From: Candidatus Harpocratesius repetitus | GTDB lineage: Archaea; Asgardarchaeota; Lokiarchaeia; Sigyniarchaeales; Promethearchaeaceae | Reading direction: 5' to 3' | Assembly: GCA_021498095.1 (NCBI GenBank) | Contig: JAIZWK010000001.1 | Span: 270,001 to 302,000 of the forward strand | Length of the DNA: 32,000 nt | In this document: positions 10,601 through 19,988 of the stretch, piece by piece | Layout: each line of letters starts with the position of its first letter | Position numbering within the stretch: position 1 is the first letter of the stretch | The notes under the pieces: model-generated | Database searches by the model: none | Seen by the model: the letters and a program-made list of their open reading frames with translations, nothing else | Told to the model about the DNA's origin: nothing | Made by a program: the position numbers and the translations under genes

Positions 10601-13600
10601 AATTCAGCAGTTATCGTAAATGTATATGTTCCAGTTCTGTTAAAATCGATATCACTGATAAAATCTTTTGAGAACTCTCCACTTCCAATATATGTTAATG
10701 CACCTGAACCTGTATATGAAGCAGGTCCTGTGATTATATAAGAAATTGTTGCATCAGCTAATGGGGAACTGTCTCGTGCATCTAGATAAGTAACTGCAAT
10801 TGTAAAGCTTTCTTCCCAGAACAGAGTGATTGTTGTATTTGGAGTAGTCAAAGTGGTAGGTATAATTGCAACATTAATAATTATTGTGAGAGTTTGTGTT
10901 TCATACTGGTTTTTAGTAAATGTTAATGTATAAGTATAGGTTCCACCAGTAGTCCTATTAAAATATGAAGTTGTATTAAAAGTCTCACTATAAGAACCAT
11001 TATTTTCTGATGTGATAAAGCCAGTATCTAAGAAACTATCAGGACCGGTAGCAATGTAACTTACTGTCCCATCTGGAATTGGTCCACCAAATATGGTGCG
11101 AGTATCATCAGCCAAAACTGAAATTGTAAATTCTTCATTTAGGTTCAGATTATACTGTGATGTCTGAGTACTAAAACTAACAGGAATCAGTAGAACATCT
11201 ACGTATATATATATTTCAGATGTTTCATATTGATTCTTTGCTGCGACAATGTGAAAGATGTAACTATCTGCATCACCTAAACTTGAACTGTTTATGGTTA
11301 AATTATAGGTAAATCCACCTACATAATTCATGGATAAATCCATTGAAGTATTCCGAATTGTATCCACAATAACTGAAGCATCAGGTATTGGTTGGTTACG
11401 GTATGTATCATTCAAATTTATGGAAAGATAAATATTTTCACTCCAGTATACTTGAATATGGTCATCAACATGATTAGAATAGATTTCAGTAGGAATTATT
11501 TTAATTTGAACATAAATAATTATTGATTTTGACTCATATTGATTTCGTTGGGCAGAAATAATAAAGGAATAATTTCCTGCTTGGTCAAAACTAGTTGTAT
11601 TATATGTCAAATTATATTGTCCATTACCCACATTGACTAAATCATTATCAAAAAGAGTACTTCCAACCAAATATGAAGTTACCTCTGAGTTTGAATTAAT
11701 AGGCAGATCTCTATAAGTATCAAAATAAGAAACAGATAAAGTGAAGTTTTCTTCCCAATAAACACTTATATATTGAGTCTCCGTTGTCAAATTGGTAGGA
11801 ACCTTTGAAAGATTTAAAGTAATTTGAATTTGAGATGTTTCATAGTACTCTTTTACAGCAGTTATCGAAATGTAATGAATACCTGCCTCAATGAACTGCG
11901 TTGTATTTAATTCACAAGAATAAATTCCATTTCCTTGATGAATAAGTGACCCAGTTAAAGAAGGAATTCCCACTACACTAAAAGAGAGATCACCAGTTAA
12001 GATTTGTTTTTGATAATATGTATCAGTGAAATTTACCAATATAGTAATATTGTCCTCCCAATAAGCAGAAATAGTATCCGAGGCATGAAGAGAAACCAGT
12101 GTTGTTGGAATAATCTTAATTGTTATCTCGTCTGTTTGAGATTTCGATTCATAATGATTTTTCTGAGCATTAATTGTTATTGATTTTGCCCCAGTTCCTG
12201 AAAATTGAGTGGAATTAAATTCATATCTATACCACCCATTTCCCAACTCAACAAATGTTCCATTAAGTTCAGAATTAGTAAAGGAAATATTTGCATTTTC
12301 TACAGGACGATTGTTCAGAGTATCATTATAATATACTAAAGCAGTGAAGTTTTCAAACCAATATGGCGCGTAATTATCGTAAGAAATAACCAATTCAGTT
12401 GTAATCTCTTGTACTTCTATTGAGACATATTCAGTTAATGGTTCAAAACCTGCTTTTGAAGCATAAATATATAAAACATATCGACGGTTTGTATCTAAAT
12501 TAAAGTTTCCATCACTTGAATTAAACGTTAACTCATAATAACCTGCAGTGCCGTTTGAATTCATTGTTCCTGAATGTATAACCAATCCTAAACTATCATC
12601 AACAATCTCATAGTTTACCACTGCTTCAGAAATTCCAAAATACCCTCCGCTAGTTGTTCCGTAGGTATAATTCGCAATTATTGTTAAGTTTTGATTCCAA
12701 TAATGGCTGTTTACAAGATTAGAATAGGGATTTGTGGGATTATTCGTTGTCCAAGATAATCTTGACTCAAAATTCTCCATTTGAACAGATATTGTGTGAG
12801 TTGTATATTGACTTACAGTAAAATTAACCCGATTTTGGAAATGATATGTTCCAACATCAACAACACTATAATTTAACAAACGATAATCTCCGTAGGAATA
12901 GACTTTGATAGTATAATTTCCTGTCGCTTCGGTACTATTAAGATAATAAAAGGTAACTTGACCACTATCATCTGAAATTTCAGATCCGATATATCCTCCA
13001 TAAGAATTCATGTTTGGATCAGTATTATTCCAATACAATGATACATTCGCACCACTAATCACTTCTGCTGGATTGTCATAATTTTGCAGATTTAAAACTA
13101 TTTGAGTAAGATTGAGTTTTGATACTTGAACTGTTTGTGTTGTATCTAAGGTTATATTTACCCATCGTAATTCTATCTCTGGTTTATTATAAGCTTGATA
13201 TGAAATTTTACATGTAAGATTCATCTGTTTTAAATTATAAAACGTTGTTTTTCCCGATTCATCAGATTTTTGCGAGATTGGTTCAAATGTATTAGGTCCT
13301 GTAATACTGGTATAATAACCACTCCAATTTTCGGTAGTATTATAAAGTGTTATATTCACATTTCTTGCGGGTAAATCATCTCGATCGGTTAATTCAAAAC
13401 CTAAATTGAAAAATAGTTTTTCTTCATTATCAATGGATGACTGTAAAGGATTTTCTAAAGATTGATAATATGCATCAATTTCTTCATTTATAGTAGGTAA
13501 AGTAATTGGTAGATATTTTTTCGCCATTTCCCAAAACTCAACTGAAACATTATAATTAGATTGTGTGGGATAATCACCATTTCGAGGTCCATGATTATTC

Positions 13601-15477
13601 AGATCAGTTTGATAACCACATACAATATTTGGTTGATCTGAAGTATAAAAGGCAGTCATATTTGCAGATGAAAATTCCATAATTGGATTTCCTTTAACCA
13701 AATCTGTTACGAAGACTCCACATGCCACTTTTTCGTTATTACCAGTGTTATCGTAAGTAATAACATAATTTTCTGCAATAAAGTCATCAGAACTTAAAGC
13801 CCGAGGAGATGAAGAACTATCTTCAATATAAACATCTACACCAGTAGTTGATGAACTTGGGTAGTTAGTGTTAAAGATCGTCCATTCATTCCCAGTTGTT
13901 TCATTAATATTATCTTTCCACCAAAAAGTCCGATAGTATTTAACCATAGGAAAATCACGGTAAAAAGTAATAGTATCCCATGTTTTCATTGTTGCTGAAT
14001 CTTCCCATGTTAAATCAAAAGTGGAAAATATTGGTCCTTCTTCTACTAGTGAAATACTTTCAATATTTATTTTTGGAATATGTGAAATAACCAAATTTGG
14101 AATTTCTTCATAAGCAGAACTATTACTTGAAAAACGAAGTCTAAATCCCCAACCTCCTCCACGTTCTTCAACCATAATAATAAACGAATGCCAACCTGCA
14201 GCAATTGTTCCTAAATTAACTGAATCTTGATCCACTCTTGGAGCTCGTAATACATGATTTTCATGTACTCTTGTTCCATCCATATACAAGCGAACACCAT
14301 CATCACTACCAATTAATGCATATCCAGGACTAACATCTTGTGGAAAGTAAACATAAATCATACCATAAGCGACTTCATCATCTTGTGTTCCAAAAATATC
14401 AGCATCTTGGAGATTAATATAATCATCAGCATCATGATGGGCAAACCATTGTTTTGTTTCATCAAGTCCTCTGGAGCATGCTTCACCCTCTGGAGGTGCA
14501 GTAGCATAACTTCCTTCGACATATAATTGAGTAGGATCAATCATATTGTAGATTCCCGTACCGTATGTAGGATGATATACAGTTGGTGTATTACTCCAAC
14601 TAGTATACGGTGATGTATCGAACGATCCAACTAATAACCAATCCCGAATAAACCCATAGGCATCAGGAGAATATGTATCTGAAGATCCACCAGAAACAAT
14701 GTCTGATAAAGGACTCATGGAAGTGTCAGTATGGTAGTTAATCGGATCTGTATTCTCAAATTGAAAAGTATCAAATGCAGAGCCTGTTCCGAATTCAACA
14801 TATAGAGAATCTGTGTCAACTACAGCCCGTTCTGTGCTGGGATTATAACTTGTCGACATTCCTGTGTCAATATAATATTGATCATAATTTGTCGCCATTG
14901 CAGAAGAAGAATAATATAAGTAATAATTATTCGTACTGTTTTTTGCAATGGTAACAGAAAATGTAACCGAACAACTTTTCAGAAAATCTCCTGGACTCCC
15001 ACCATCTTGCCAGTAAGTCATATTCCATGTTTGTGATGGTATTTCTGTTTGTGAAGAGCCATCATAATAAACGATACGAGTGCTATTTTTATATGCAGTT
15101 CCATTATCAAATGAAAAATATAACGTAACAGGCTCATACTCTCTATTTTTCACATTAGGCTCAGTTATTGTTATCAACTTGCGAAAATCGAAGTTTTCAT
15201 CCCACCAATCAATTGCTCCTGCTGCAGAAACAGGAGAATGAAGAAGATTTGAATTTTCATCATATAACTTATCATCAATTTTTGATATTTCATCCGGACG
15301 GAATGAATTATCAAAATTTTTACCATCATCAACATTATTACTAAAATTAGTGTGAGGCCTATAATAAAAACTTGAAGAACTCACTAAGAATATCATAACA
15401 ATGACAGTAAAACTAATAACCTTGCGAATTTTGTTCTTTTCCAAAATTATATCACCCGATTTATAAGTTAATTTCAC
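7681..15477 (-). CDS. Giant type-I membrane surface protein/adhesin: signal anchor, DUF2341-like region, PA14-like module, prealbumin/carboxypeptidase-regulatory-like domains, about 15 Ig-like repeats, TM helix, cytoplasmic tail
   Basis: 2,598-codon ORF. Hydrophobic N-terminus, WWDENFDFRKLITITE (DUF2341-like), IGSDDGVRLYMDG...GWHSFIIMVEERGGGWGFRLRF (PA14-like), repeats of about 100-108 aa, IFVYIGGSVALIAIAIAGT TM at about 7935-7990, many N-x-S/T sequons. The true start may be the in-frame TTG at 15444, which has GGTGAT 6 nt upstream. Confidence 0.9.
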   Translation of the reverse strand: MKLTYKSGDIILEKNKIRKVISFTVIVMIFLVSSSSFYYRPHTNFSNNVDDGKNFDNSFRPDEISKIDDKLYDENSNLLHSPVSAAGAIDWWDENFDFRKLITITEPNVKNREYEPVTLYFSFDNGTAYKNSTRIVYYDGSSQTEIPSQTWNMTYWQDGGSPGDFLKSCSVTFSVTIAKNSTNNYYLYYSSSAMATNYDQYYIDTGMSTSYNPSTERAVVDTDSLYVEFGTGSAFDTFQFENTDPINYHTDTSMSPLSDIVSGGSSDTYSPDAYGFIRDWLLVGSFDTSPYTSWSNTPTVYHPTYGTGIYNMIDPTQLYVEGSYATAPPEGEACSRGLDETKQWFAHHDADDYINLQDADIFGTQDDEVAYGMIYVYFPQDVSPGYALIGSDDGVRLYMDGTRVHENHVLRAPRVDQDSVNLGTIAAGWHSFIIMVEERGGGWGFRLRFSSNSSAYEEIPNLVISHIPKINIESISLVEEGPIFSTFDLTWEDSATMKTWDTITFYRDFPMVKYYRTFWWKDNINETTGNEWTIFNTNYPSSSTTGVDVYIEDSSSSPRALSSDDFIAENYVITYDNTGNNEKVACGVFVTDLVKGNPIMEFSSANMTAFYTSDQPNIVCGYQTDLNNHGPRNGDYPTQSNYNVSVEFWEMAKKYLPITLPTINEEIDAYYQSLENPLQSSIDNEEKLFFNLGFELTDRDDLPARNVNITLYNTTENWSGYYTSITGPNTFEPISQKSDESGKTTFYNLKQMNLTCKISYQAYNKPEIELRWVNITLDTTQTVQVSKLNLTQIVLNLQNYDNPAEVISGANVSLYWNNTDPNMNSYGGYIGSEISDDSGQVTFYYLNSTEATGNYTIKVYSYGDYRLLNYSVVDVGTYHFQNRVNFTVSQYTTHTISVQMENFESRLSWTTNNPTNPYSNLVNSHYWNQNLTIIANYTYGTTSGGYFGISEAVVNYEIVDDSLGLVIHSGTMNSNGTAGYYELTFNSSDGNFNLDTNRRYVLYIYASKAGFEPLTEYVSIEVQEITTELVISYDNYAPYWFENFTALVYYNDTLNNRPVENANISFTNSELNGTFVELGNGWYRYEFNSTQFSGTGAKSITINAQKNHYESKSQTDEITIKIIPTTLVSLHASDTISAYWEDNITILVNFTDTYYQKQILTGDLSFSVVGIPSLTGSLIHQGNGIYSCELNTTQFIEAGIHYISITAVKEYYETSQIQITLNLSKVPTNLTTETQYISVYWEENFTLSVSYFDTYRDLPINSNSEVTSYLVGSTLFDNDLVNVGNGQYNLTYNTTSFDQAGNYSFIISAQRNQYESKSIIIYVQIKIIPTEIYSNHVDDHIQVYWSENIYLSINLNDTYRNQPIPDASVIVDTIRNTSMDLSMNYVGGFTYNLTINSSSLGDADSYIFHIVAAKNQYETSEIYIYVDVLLIPVSFSTQTSQYNLNLNEEFTISVLADDTRTIFGGPIPDGTVSYIATGPDSFLDTGFITSENNGSYSETFNTTSYFNRTTGGTYTYTLTFTKNQYETQTLTIIINVAIIPTTLTTPNTTITLFWEESFTIAVTYLDARDSSPLADATISYIITGPASYTGSGALTYIGSGEFSKDFISDIDFNRTGTYTFTITAELSEHQTQSLSITVNIETVLTNLTVSTETINVYWREEFTLSVYFEDIRDLLNSVPITTGATVSYTVTGPVGYSGSGSLIHYASSPGTYRDTLNSTDFGFNGTYTFVITAMKNQYETQSVTITVYINIIPTKLTAEDLSISVNWGESFELSVYYEDLYKLIAINDGTVGYSASGPNEFADSGLLSSLGTGWYYISFDAIEGGQFVAGTYTYLITAQKSQYLTQSLSITVNIAVINTTLTTASDTIAAAWNDNFTISIVYFDEDNSQNITDGSVTYTVIGHPEYNGTIAYSFIFNAYVIEFNTTYFGTNGTYSFTITASKNQYETQQLVINVDIGIRPVNFTTNASKVYIYWEMNCTLSVSYFDIYDSLNPVPISTGTVSYVVSGTGDYSDSGVFVYSGSNGRYELFLSSFDFGQAGSYTFEITASKPQYATRTLVITVAIMTIPTELSSTYENDSITLYWGESENLTVSFDNIVNTSAPIGIGDATVSYYAASLGISNGYLISQNDGTYTFDLQSIDFGQAGTYTFRITATKNQYETQQLVLTIHILVIPTSFTTSQTNYTVTWRDQFTITVQFTDLYRSTGITDGTVSFYVGQQAGLTGILSHESGGTYSITLNSTDFAGVGSYTLYVTAEKYQYSTQIITFYLVIDPIQTRINNTIFLRNDISINVSTTHYFYITYGEIDGTAITGANIAYFEWEDSSGTHSRLLTDMKNGYYRMDFDTISKPVGTYLIAVYLGKNNFVTRSATITLIIKERPVVVALGEQIASKVAETPEGNMIVIEFNLTDPVDNAPLTGATVTMHYRGNDIPIPETDTPGLYRYVIDTNSEEYNALVAAITDTATITVEKTNYTIAPFDITISVTPPEFTVGGVGVPKIFVYIGGSVALIAIAIAGTTKYIQYARIPLIIKQIDRTKKLISGNKVISDDNITKTYEEEISDRFKDYWELLDLDIASILGVGKSTTPEPMEELGSSTEGGL
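8020..12765 (-). repeat. About 15 tandem diverged Ig-like protein repeats (about 310 nt each) inside the giant gene
   Basis: Consensus PTxLT...xYWxExFTLSVxYxD....PIxDATVSY...GxGxYxxxFNSTxF...GTYTFxITAxKNQYETQxLxITVxI. I counted 15 copies manually; boundaries are approximate. Confidence 0.85.
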
Positions 15478-15723
15478 TTTCGTATTAAATTAAAACTTTA
15501 GAAAGATAAATGCTAAAATTTAATGTGAATCTTAACTTTCATTATGGAATTTCTCTCCACAATATTTGTTTCTTAAAATAAGGTATTACATCTTTAAATT
15601 TGTTTTTTTTTTGCATTCACATTGTGCAATGCAAATTAAATTTTTTGAGACAACTCTCTTTAAATTTATTTATTGGCCCAATTTTGTAAAGTGATTTTAA
15701 ATTTTTAAAAATGAAATAAGATT

Positions 15724-16995
15724 ATGGGAAAAAACAACTCACTCAATTCATACACATTCGTAGAAAAAGAAGTACAACAAGCGATCGACTTTACTACAAA
15801 AATTATTAATGAAACAGGTGCGAGAATTACAGGAGACGATAGCACTCATAAAGCAGCCAAACTTATTGCAAATGAATTTCGGCAATACTGCGATACTGTA
15901 GAAGAAGAAACTTTTCCAGTTCACCCTAAAGCATTTCTCGGTTGGATTAAATTAATCACCGCTTTATACTTATTTGCCACAATTTCAGTATGGTTTTCCA
16001 TTCCCCTTATTTCAGGTCTATTGATTACAATAGGAATTGTGGCGATGGTAATGGAATTCTTTCTCTACAAAGAATTCATCGACCCATTCTGGCGAAGAAA
16101 ATTCGGAATCAATGTTGTTGGAAAAATTGAACCAGTTGGAGAAGTAAAGCAGCAAATTCTTATTTCTGGCCATCATGATAGCGCTTTTGTGTTCAACTTT
16201 TTTGTACATCAACCCAAATTATATCCAGTTCGATTGTATGGAGGATTGGGTTCAGTTGCGTTACTATGGACACTATCATGGATATGGTGGATTATACAAT
16301 TAACCACAAATAAGAATCCAACGTGGGTTTTGGGTATTAAAATTTTTGCTGGAATTTCTCTTCTTTTAGTTATCCAAATGTGGTTTTTTAGGGGAAAAAA
16401 GGGCACTCCTGGAGCAGGAGATAATATGATTTCTGTTGCTATTGCTAATGAAATTGGAAAGAAAGTGGCTCAATTAAAAAAATCAAAGGAAAATTCTTCT
16501 GAATCGGCATTAAATCACACTCGAATTTTAATTTGCAGCTGGGATGCAGAAGAAGCTGGGTTACGAGGTTCAAGAGCATATGCAAAAAAGCATAAAAAAG
16601 AATTAAATTCCATCCCTACCTACAACTTCAATATTGATTGTCCATATTATTTAGAAGATTTTTTCTTCATGACATCTGATGTTAATGGAACAGTCAATCT
16701 CTCTCAAGACATGGTAAATGAATGTATTGAAATCACACATGCACTTGGATATCCATGTGCATCAAAACCTATTGAATTTTTAACTGGTGGAACCGATGCT
16801 GGAGAAATGGCAAGAATTGGAGTAAAAGCAACGAATCTTATGGGAATGCCGTGGGGAAATTCAAATCGTGCATCAGTCTATCATACCCCTGAAGATACAG
16901 TTGATAAAATTGAGCCGCAAGCAATTCAAGCCGCGATGAACATAGCTTGGCAATTTATTATAAAGAAAGAGGAAGAACTCAAGAATAACGAGTAA
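15724..16995 (+). CDS. Membrane-associated M28 family zinc peptidase
   Basis: Motifs ISGHHDS, PGAGDN, WDAEEAGLRGS, NIDC, TGGTDA and YHTPEDT, with about 4 hydrophobic TM segments inserted. Confidence 0.9.
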   Translation: MGKNNSLNSYTFVEKEVQQAIDFTTKIINETGARITGDDSTHKAAKLIANEFRQYCDTVEEETFPVHPKAFLGWIKLITALYLFATISVWFSIPLISGLLITIGIVAMVMEFFLYKEFIDPFWRRKFGINVVGKIEPVGEVKQQILISGHHDSAFVFNFFVHQPKLYPVRLYGGLGSVALLWTLSWIWWIIQLTTNKNPTWVLGIKIFAGISLLLVIQMWFFRGKKGTPGAGDNMISVAIANEIGKKVAQLKKSKENSSESALNHTRILICSWDAEEAGLRGSRAYAKKHKKELNSIPTYNFNIDCPYYLEDFFFMTSDVNGTVNLSQDMVNECIEITHALGYPCASKPIEFLTGGTDAGEMARIGVKATNLMGMPWGNSNRASVYHTPEDTVDKIEPQAIQAAMNIAWQFIIKKEEELKNNE

Positions 16996-17171
16996 ATATG
17001 TGAAAAGATTATAAATTACATATATAAATGCGAAAAATCTCATGAATATTTCTAACTCATTTTTTATTTTTCGTTTTAATTATGATTTCTACTTTGATTC
17101 AGAATTTTTTCCATGTAATGTGAATTAAGGATGTTAAATTTTTTCAACGATGGTCCATTGCTATTGAATAA

Positions 17172-18230
17172 ATGAATTTTTGGCTACTGGGAATATCTTG
17201 TTATATCTTTACTTTTGGAATTGCTTTAGCACTACATATATTTCATCGATGGAATGATCCAAACAAGCGAAATTTTAGGATTTCTGAACTTACAGCCGTA
17301 ATTTTATTTTTTTATCACGGATTTCAAGGATTTAATCTTTTTACAAATCCTACAGATAAAACGGCAGAATTTCTTTCCTCCATCCTCTTTCTACTTCTTT
17401 CTCTTGAATTTTTAATATTATTCGGTGGAAATGTACTTCCAAATATTATAAAAAAGAAAAAGAATTCCCAATACCGCGTAGAATATTCATACGAGAATTT
17501 TTTATCAGAAATGATGGAAAAAACGCAAAACCTTTCCAGTAAAGCCGTTTTAATGCGCGATCTTAGTCGTAAAGGCCTTCATATATTACAATTCTTGGGG
17601 GTACTCCTTATTTATTTAATTTCTGAGAAGATCTATCCGTATCAACTCCTACAAGGATTAACTTCATGGGAATTTCGCAATTATTTCTATTTCTTAATTA
17701 GTGCTTTATTTTGGATGATAATGATGATTGGAGATATCACAAGGATTGAAGAATGGCGGGTTCTTCCAAAATGGGCTTGGAAATGGTTCGGCACTTCTTT
17801 AGATTTGAAGCGTGAAAAATTTACAATAAATGGAGCGACGCCAATTTTATTAGCAAATATGGTGTGGATTCATCCATCCATTCCTATTCAAGTTCTTTTA
17901 ATTGCAGTTTGGATTTCTTGTATTTCAGATGCATTGGCGGCGCTTGTTGGAAAAAATTTCGGCAGACATGCACTTCAAAGACTGGGAAAATTTCCAAAAA
18001 AAACGTGGGAAGGGCTGATTGCAGGAATTTTAAGTACGATTCTTGGCACGACTGGAATTTTATTTTTTCTTCCTGCAAATATCCCACTTTTTGGATTGTT
18101 ATTAATTTTAATTGGAACAATCACTGTGTTTGTTTTCACCGATTTGTTTTGCATCTATCTTAATGATAATTTAGTTAATAGTTTAGCTGGTGGCTTTATT
18201 GTATGGATGGTATTTTTAATATTTCAATAA
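17172..18230 (+). CDS. CTP-dependent polyprenol kinase-like integral membrane protein (dolichol/phytol/farnesol kinase, CTP_transf_1 superfamily)
   Basis: RKGLHI, SDALAALVGKNFGRH, KKTWEGLIAG and NDNL motifs; multiple TM helices. Confidence 0.82.
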   Translation: MNFWLLGISCYIFTFGIALALHIFHRWNDPNKRNFRISELTAVILFFYHGFQGFNLFTNPTDKTAEFLSSILFLLLSLEFLILFGGNVLPNIIKKKKNSQYRVEYSYENFLSEMMEKTQNLSSKAVLMRDLSRKGLHILQFLGVLLIYLISEKIYPYQLLQGLTSWEFRNYFYFLISALFWMIMMIGDITRIEEWRVLPKWAWKWFGTSLDLKREKFTINGATPILLANMVWIHPSIPIQVLLIAVWISCISDALAALVGKNFGRHALQRLGKFPKKTWEGLIAGILSTILGTTGILFFLPANIPLFGLLLILIGTITVFVFTDLFCIYLNDNLVNSLAGGFIVWMVFLIFQ

Positions 18231-18263
18231 CAGATTAAGAATTATAGGAGTAGTGAAAAAATA

Positions 18264-19961
18264 ATGGCTGTAAATATTTATTCAATTCCATGGTGGAAGA
18301 AAACTACGGTATATCAGATTTATCCACGCTCATTCTATGATGGTAATGGTGATGGTATAGGAGATCTTCCTGGAATTATTTCAAAATTGGATTATATTAA
18401 AGAAAGTGGTTTTGAGACAATTTGGTTTTCACCATTTTATGATTCTCCACAGCGTGATTTTGGTTATGATATTCGAGATTACCGAAATGTTGCCCCCGAA
18501 TACGGAACTTTGCATGATGCTGAAAAATTAATTGAGGAAATTCATAACCGGGATATGAAAATCGTAATGGATATGATTTTAAATCATACTAGCGATGAAC
18601 ATCCATGGTTTGTTGAATCACGAAAAAATCGAGAGAATCCCAAAAGAGACTGGTATATTTGGCGCGATGGTAAAAAACCGAATGGAAAAGCACCACCCAA
18701 TAATTGGTTATCGCAAACTGGAGGATCTGGATGGCATTATGATCCTTCTACTGATCAATGGTATTGGGCAGCCTTTTTACCCTTTCAACCAGATTTGAAT
18801 TTCAGAAACCCTGCCGTACAAGAAGAAATGTTAGAGATTATGCGATTTTGGTTGGATAAGGGTGTAGATGGTTTTCGATTGGATATATTGGGTTCTCTTT
18901 TTGAAGACGCAGATTTTCGTGATAATCCTTTTAAATTCAAACTTTTACCTTCAGATTCAGATCAAGGAATGCTTTTCAGATCTTCAGAAATGACCATTAA
19001 TCATCCCGATACGATTGCATTTACCAAACGTTTGCGTGAGTTGACTGATGAATATACCCCTACCCGTTTTATGGTAGGAGAAGTATTTGGTTCATATCAA
19101 TCAATTCGGGCTTTTTGTGGTACTCCCGAAGCACCAGGCATCCACTCAGTCTTTCAATTTAAAACATTCGAAACACCATTTAGTTATGAAGGATTTTTAC
19201 GATTACTTCAAGAAAGTGAACGGTGGTTTCCCGATCCATATATGCCGACATGGGTTTTTTCAAATCACGACAGAACTCGCCGAATTACAATCTTAAAAAA
19301 TGACGTCCGAAAAGCAAAATTAAATGCAATGTTTCAGTTAACGGTCAGGGGAATCCCGTACATTTATTATGGAGAAGAAATCGGGATGCGTCAAGTAGAT
19401 ATTCCATTTGAAAAGGCACAAGACGGTTTAGTTTCAAAATTTCTTAAATACCCAAAGTGGATGATTGCGTTACTACAAAAATTAACTGGAGGTGCCATCA
19501 ATCGCGATGGTTGTCGAACTCCGATGCAATGGTCTTCATCTTTAAATGCTGGTTTTATTAATAATATTAAAAACCCTACAATTACTCCATGGCTACCAGT
19601 TGATCTTGAATATAAAAAGATAAATGTAGAAGAAACGAAGCGCGATCCGGATTCTATTTGGCATTGTTATCACCGCTTGTTGGAATTACGTAAAAAATAT
19701 CCTGCGTTGGCAATAGGTACTATGAACATTTTTGCACCAGGAATTTTACCGAAGAATGTATTAGGATATAAGCGTTCAACAATTGTAAATGGAAAAGAGC
19801 AGAAAATATATGTATTTCTTAATTTTTCGAAAAAAGAAGTTACTTTTTCCAGCCCAATCCACACACCTAAAATTTTATCTTCGACAACTGTATTAACAGT
19901 ACCGATAAAAAAAGATGAAATAACTCTCACACCTTGGGAAGGAATCGTGGTTCATAAATAA
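18264..19961 (+). CDS. GH13 alpha-glucosidase / oligo-1,6-glucosidase
   Basis: WWKKTTVYQIYPRSFYD, DMILNHTSDEHPWF, GVDGFRLD (nucleophile), VGEV (acid/base), SNHD, YYGEEIGM and RDGCRTPMQW. Confidence 0.95.
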   Translation: MAVNIYSIPWWKKTTVYQIYPRSFYDGNGDGIGDLPGIISKLDYIKESGFETIWFSPFYDSPQRDFGYDIRDYRNVAPEYGTLHDAEKLIEEIHNRDMKIVMDMILNHTSDEHPWFVESRKNRENPKRDWYIWRDGKKPNGKAPPNNWLSQTGGSGWHYDPSTDQWYWAAFLPFQPDLNFRNPAVQEEMLEIMRFWLDKGVDGFRLDILGSLFEDADFRDNPFKFKLLPSDSDQGMLFRSSEMTINHPDTIAFTKRLRELTDEYTPTRFMVGEVFGSYQSIRAFCGTPEAPGIHSVFQFKTFETPFSYEGFLRLLQESERWFPDPYMPTWVFSNHDRTRRITILKNDVRKAKLNAMFQLTVRGIPYIYYGEEIGMRQVDIPFEKAQDGLVSKFLKYPKWMIALLQKLTGGAINRDGCRTPMQWSSSLNAGFINNIKNPTITPWLPVDLEYKKINVEETKRDPDSIWHCYHRLLELRKKYPALAIGTMNIFAPGILPKNVLGYKRSTIVNGKEQKIYVFLNFSKKEVTFSSPIHTPKILSSTTVLTVPIKKDEITLTPWEGIVVHK

Positions 19962-19988
19962 CCTTTTTTCTTCAATGTCTTCTTTTTT

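Noticed and set aside
8500-14540. Short ORFs within the giant gene (8500..8700, 14338..14526, 14358..14540)
   Set aside because: Nested or antisense, with no independent evidence.
16018-19930. Nested or alternate-frame ORFs in the M28, kinase and GH13 genes
   Set aside because: Overlap well-supported genes; no motifs.
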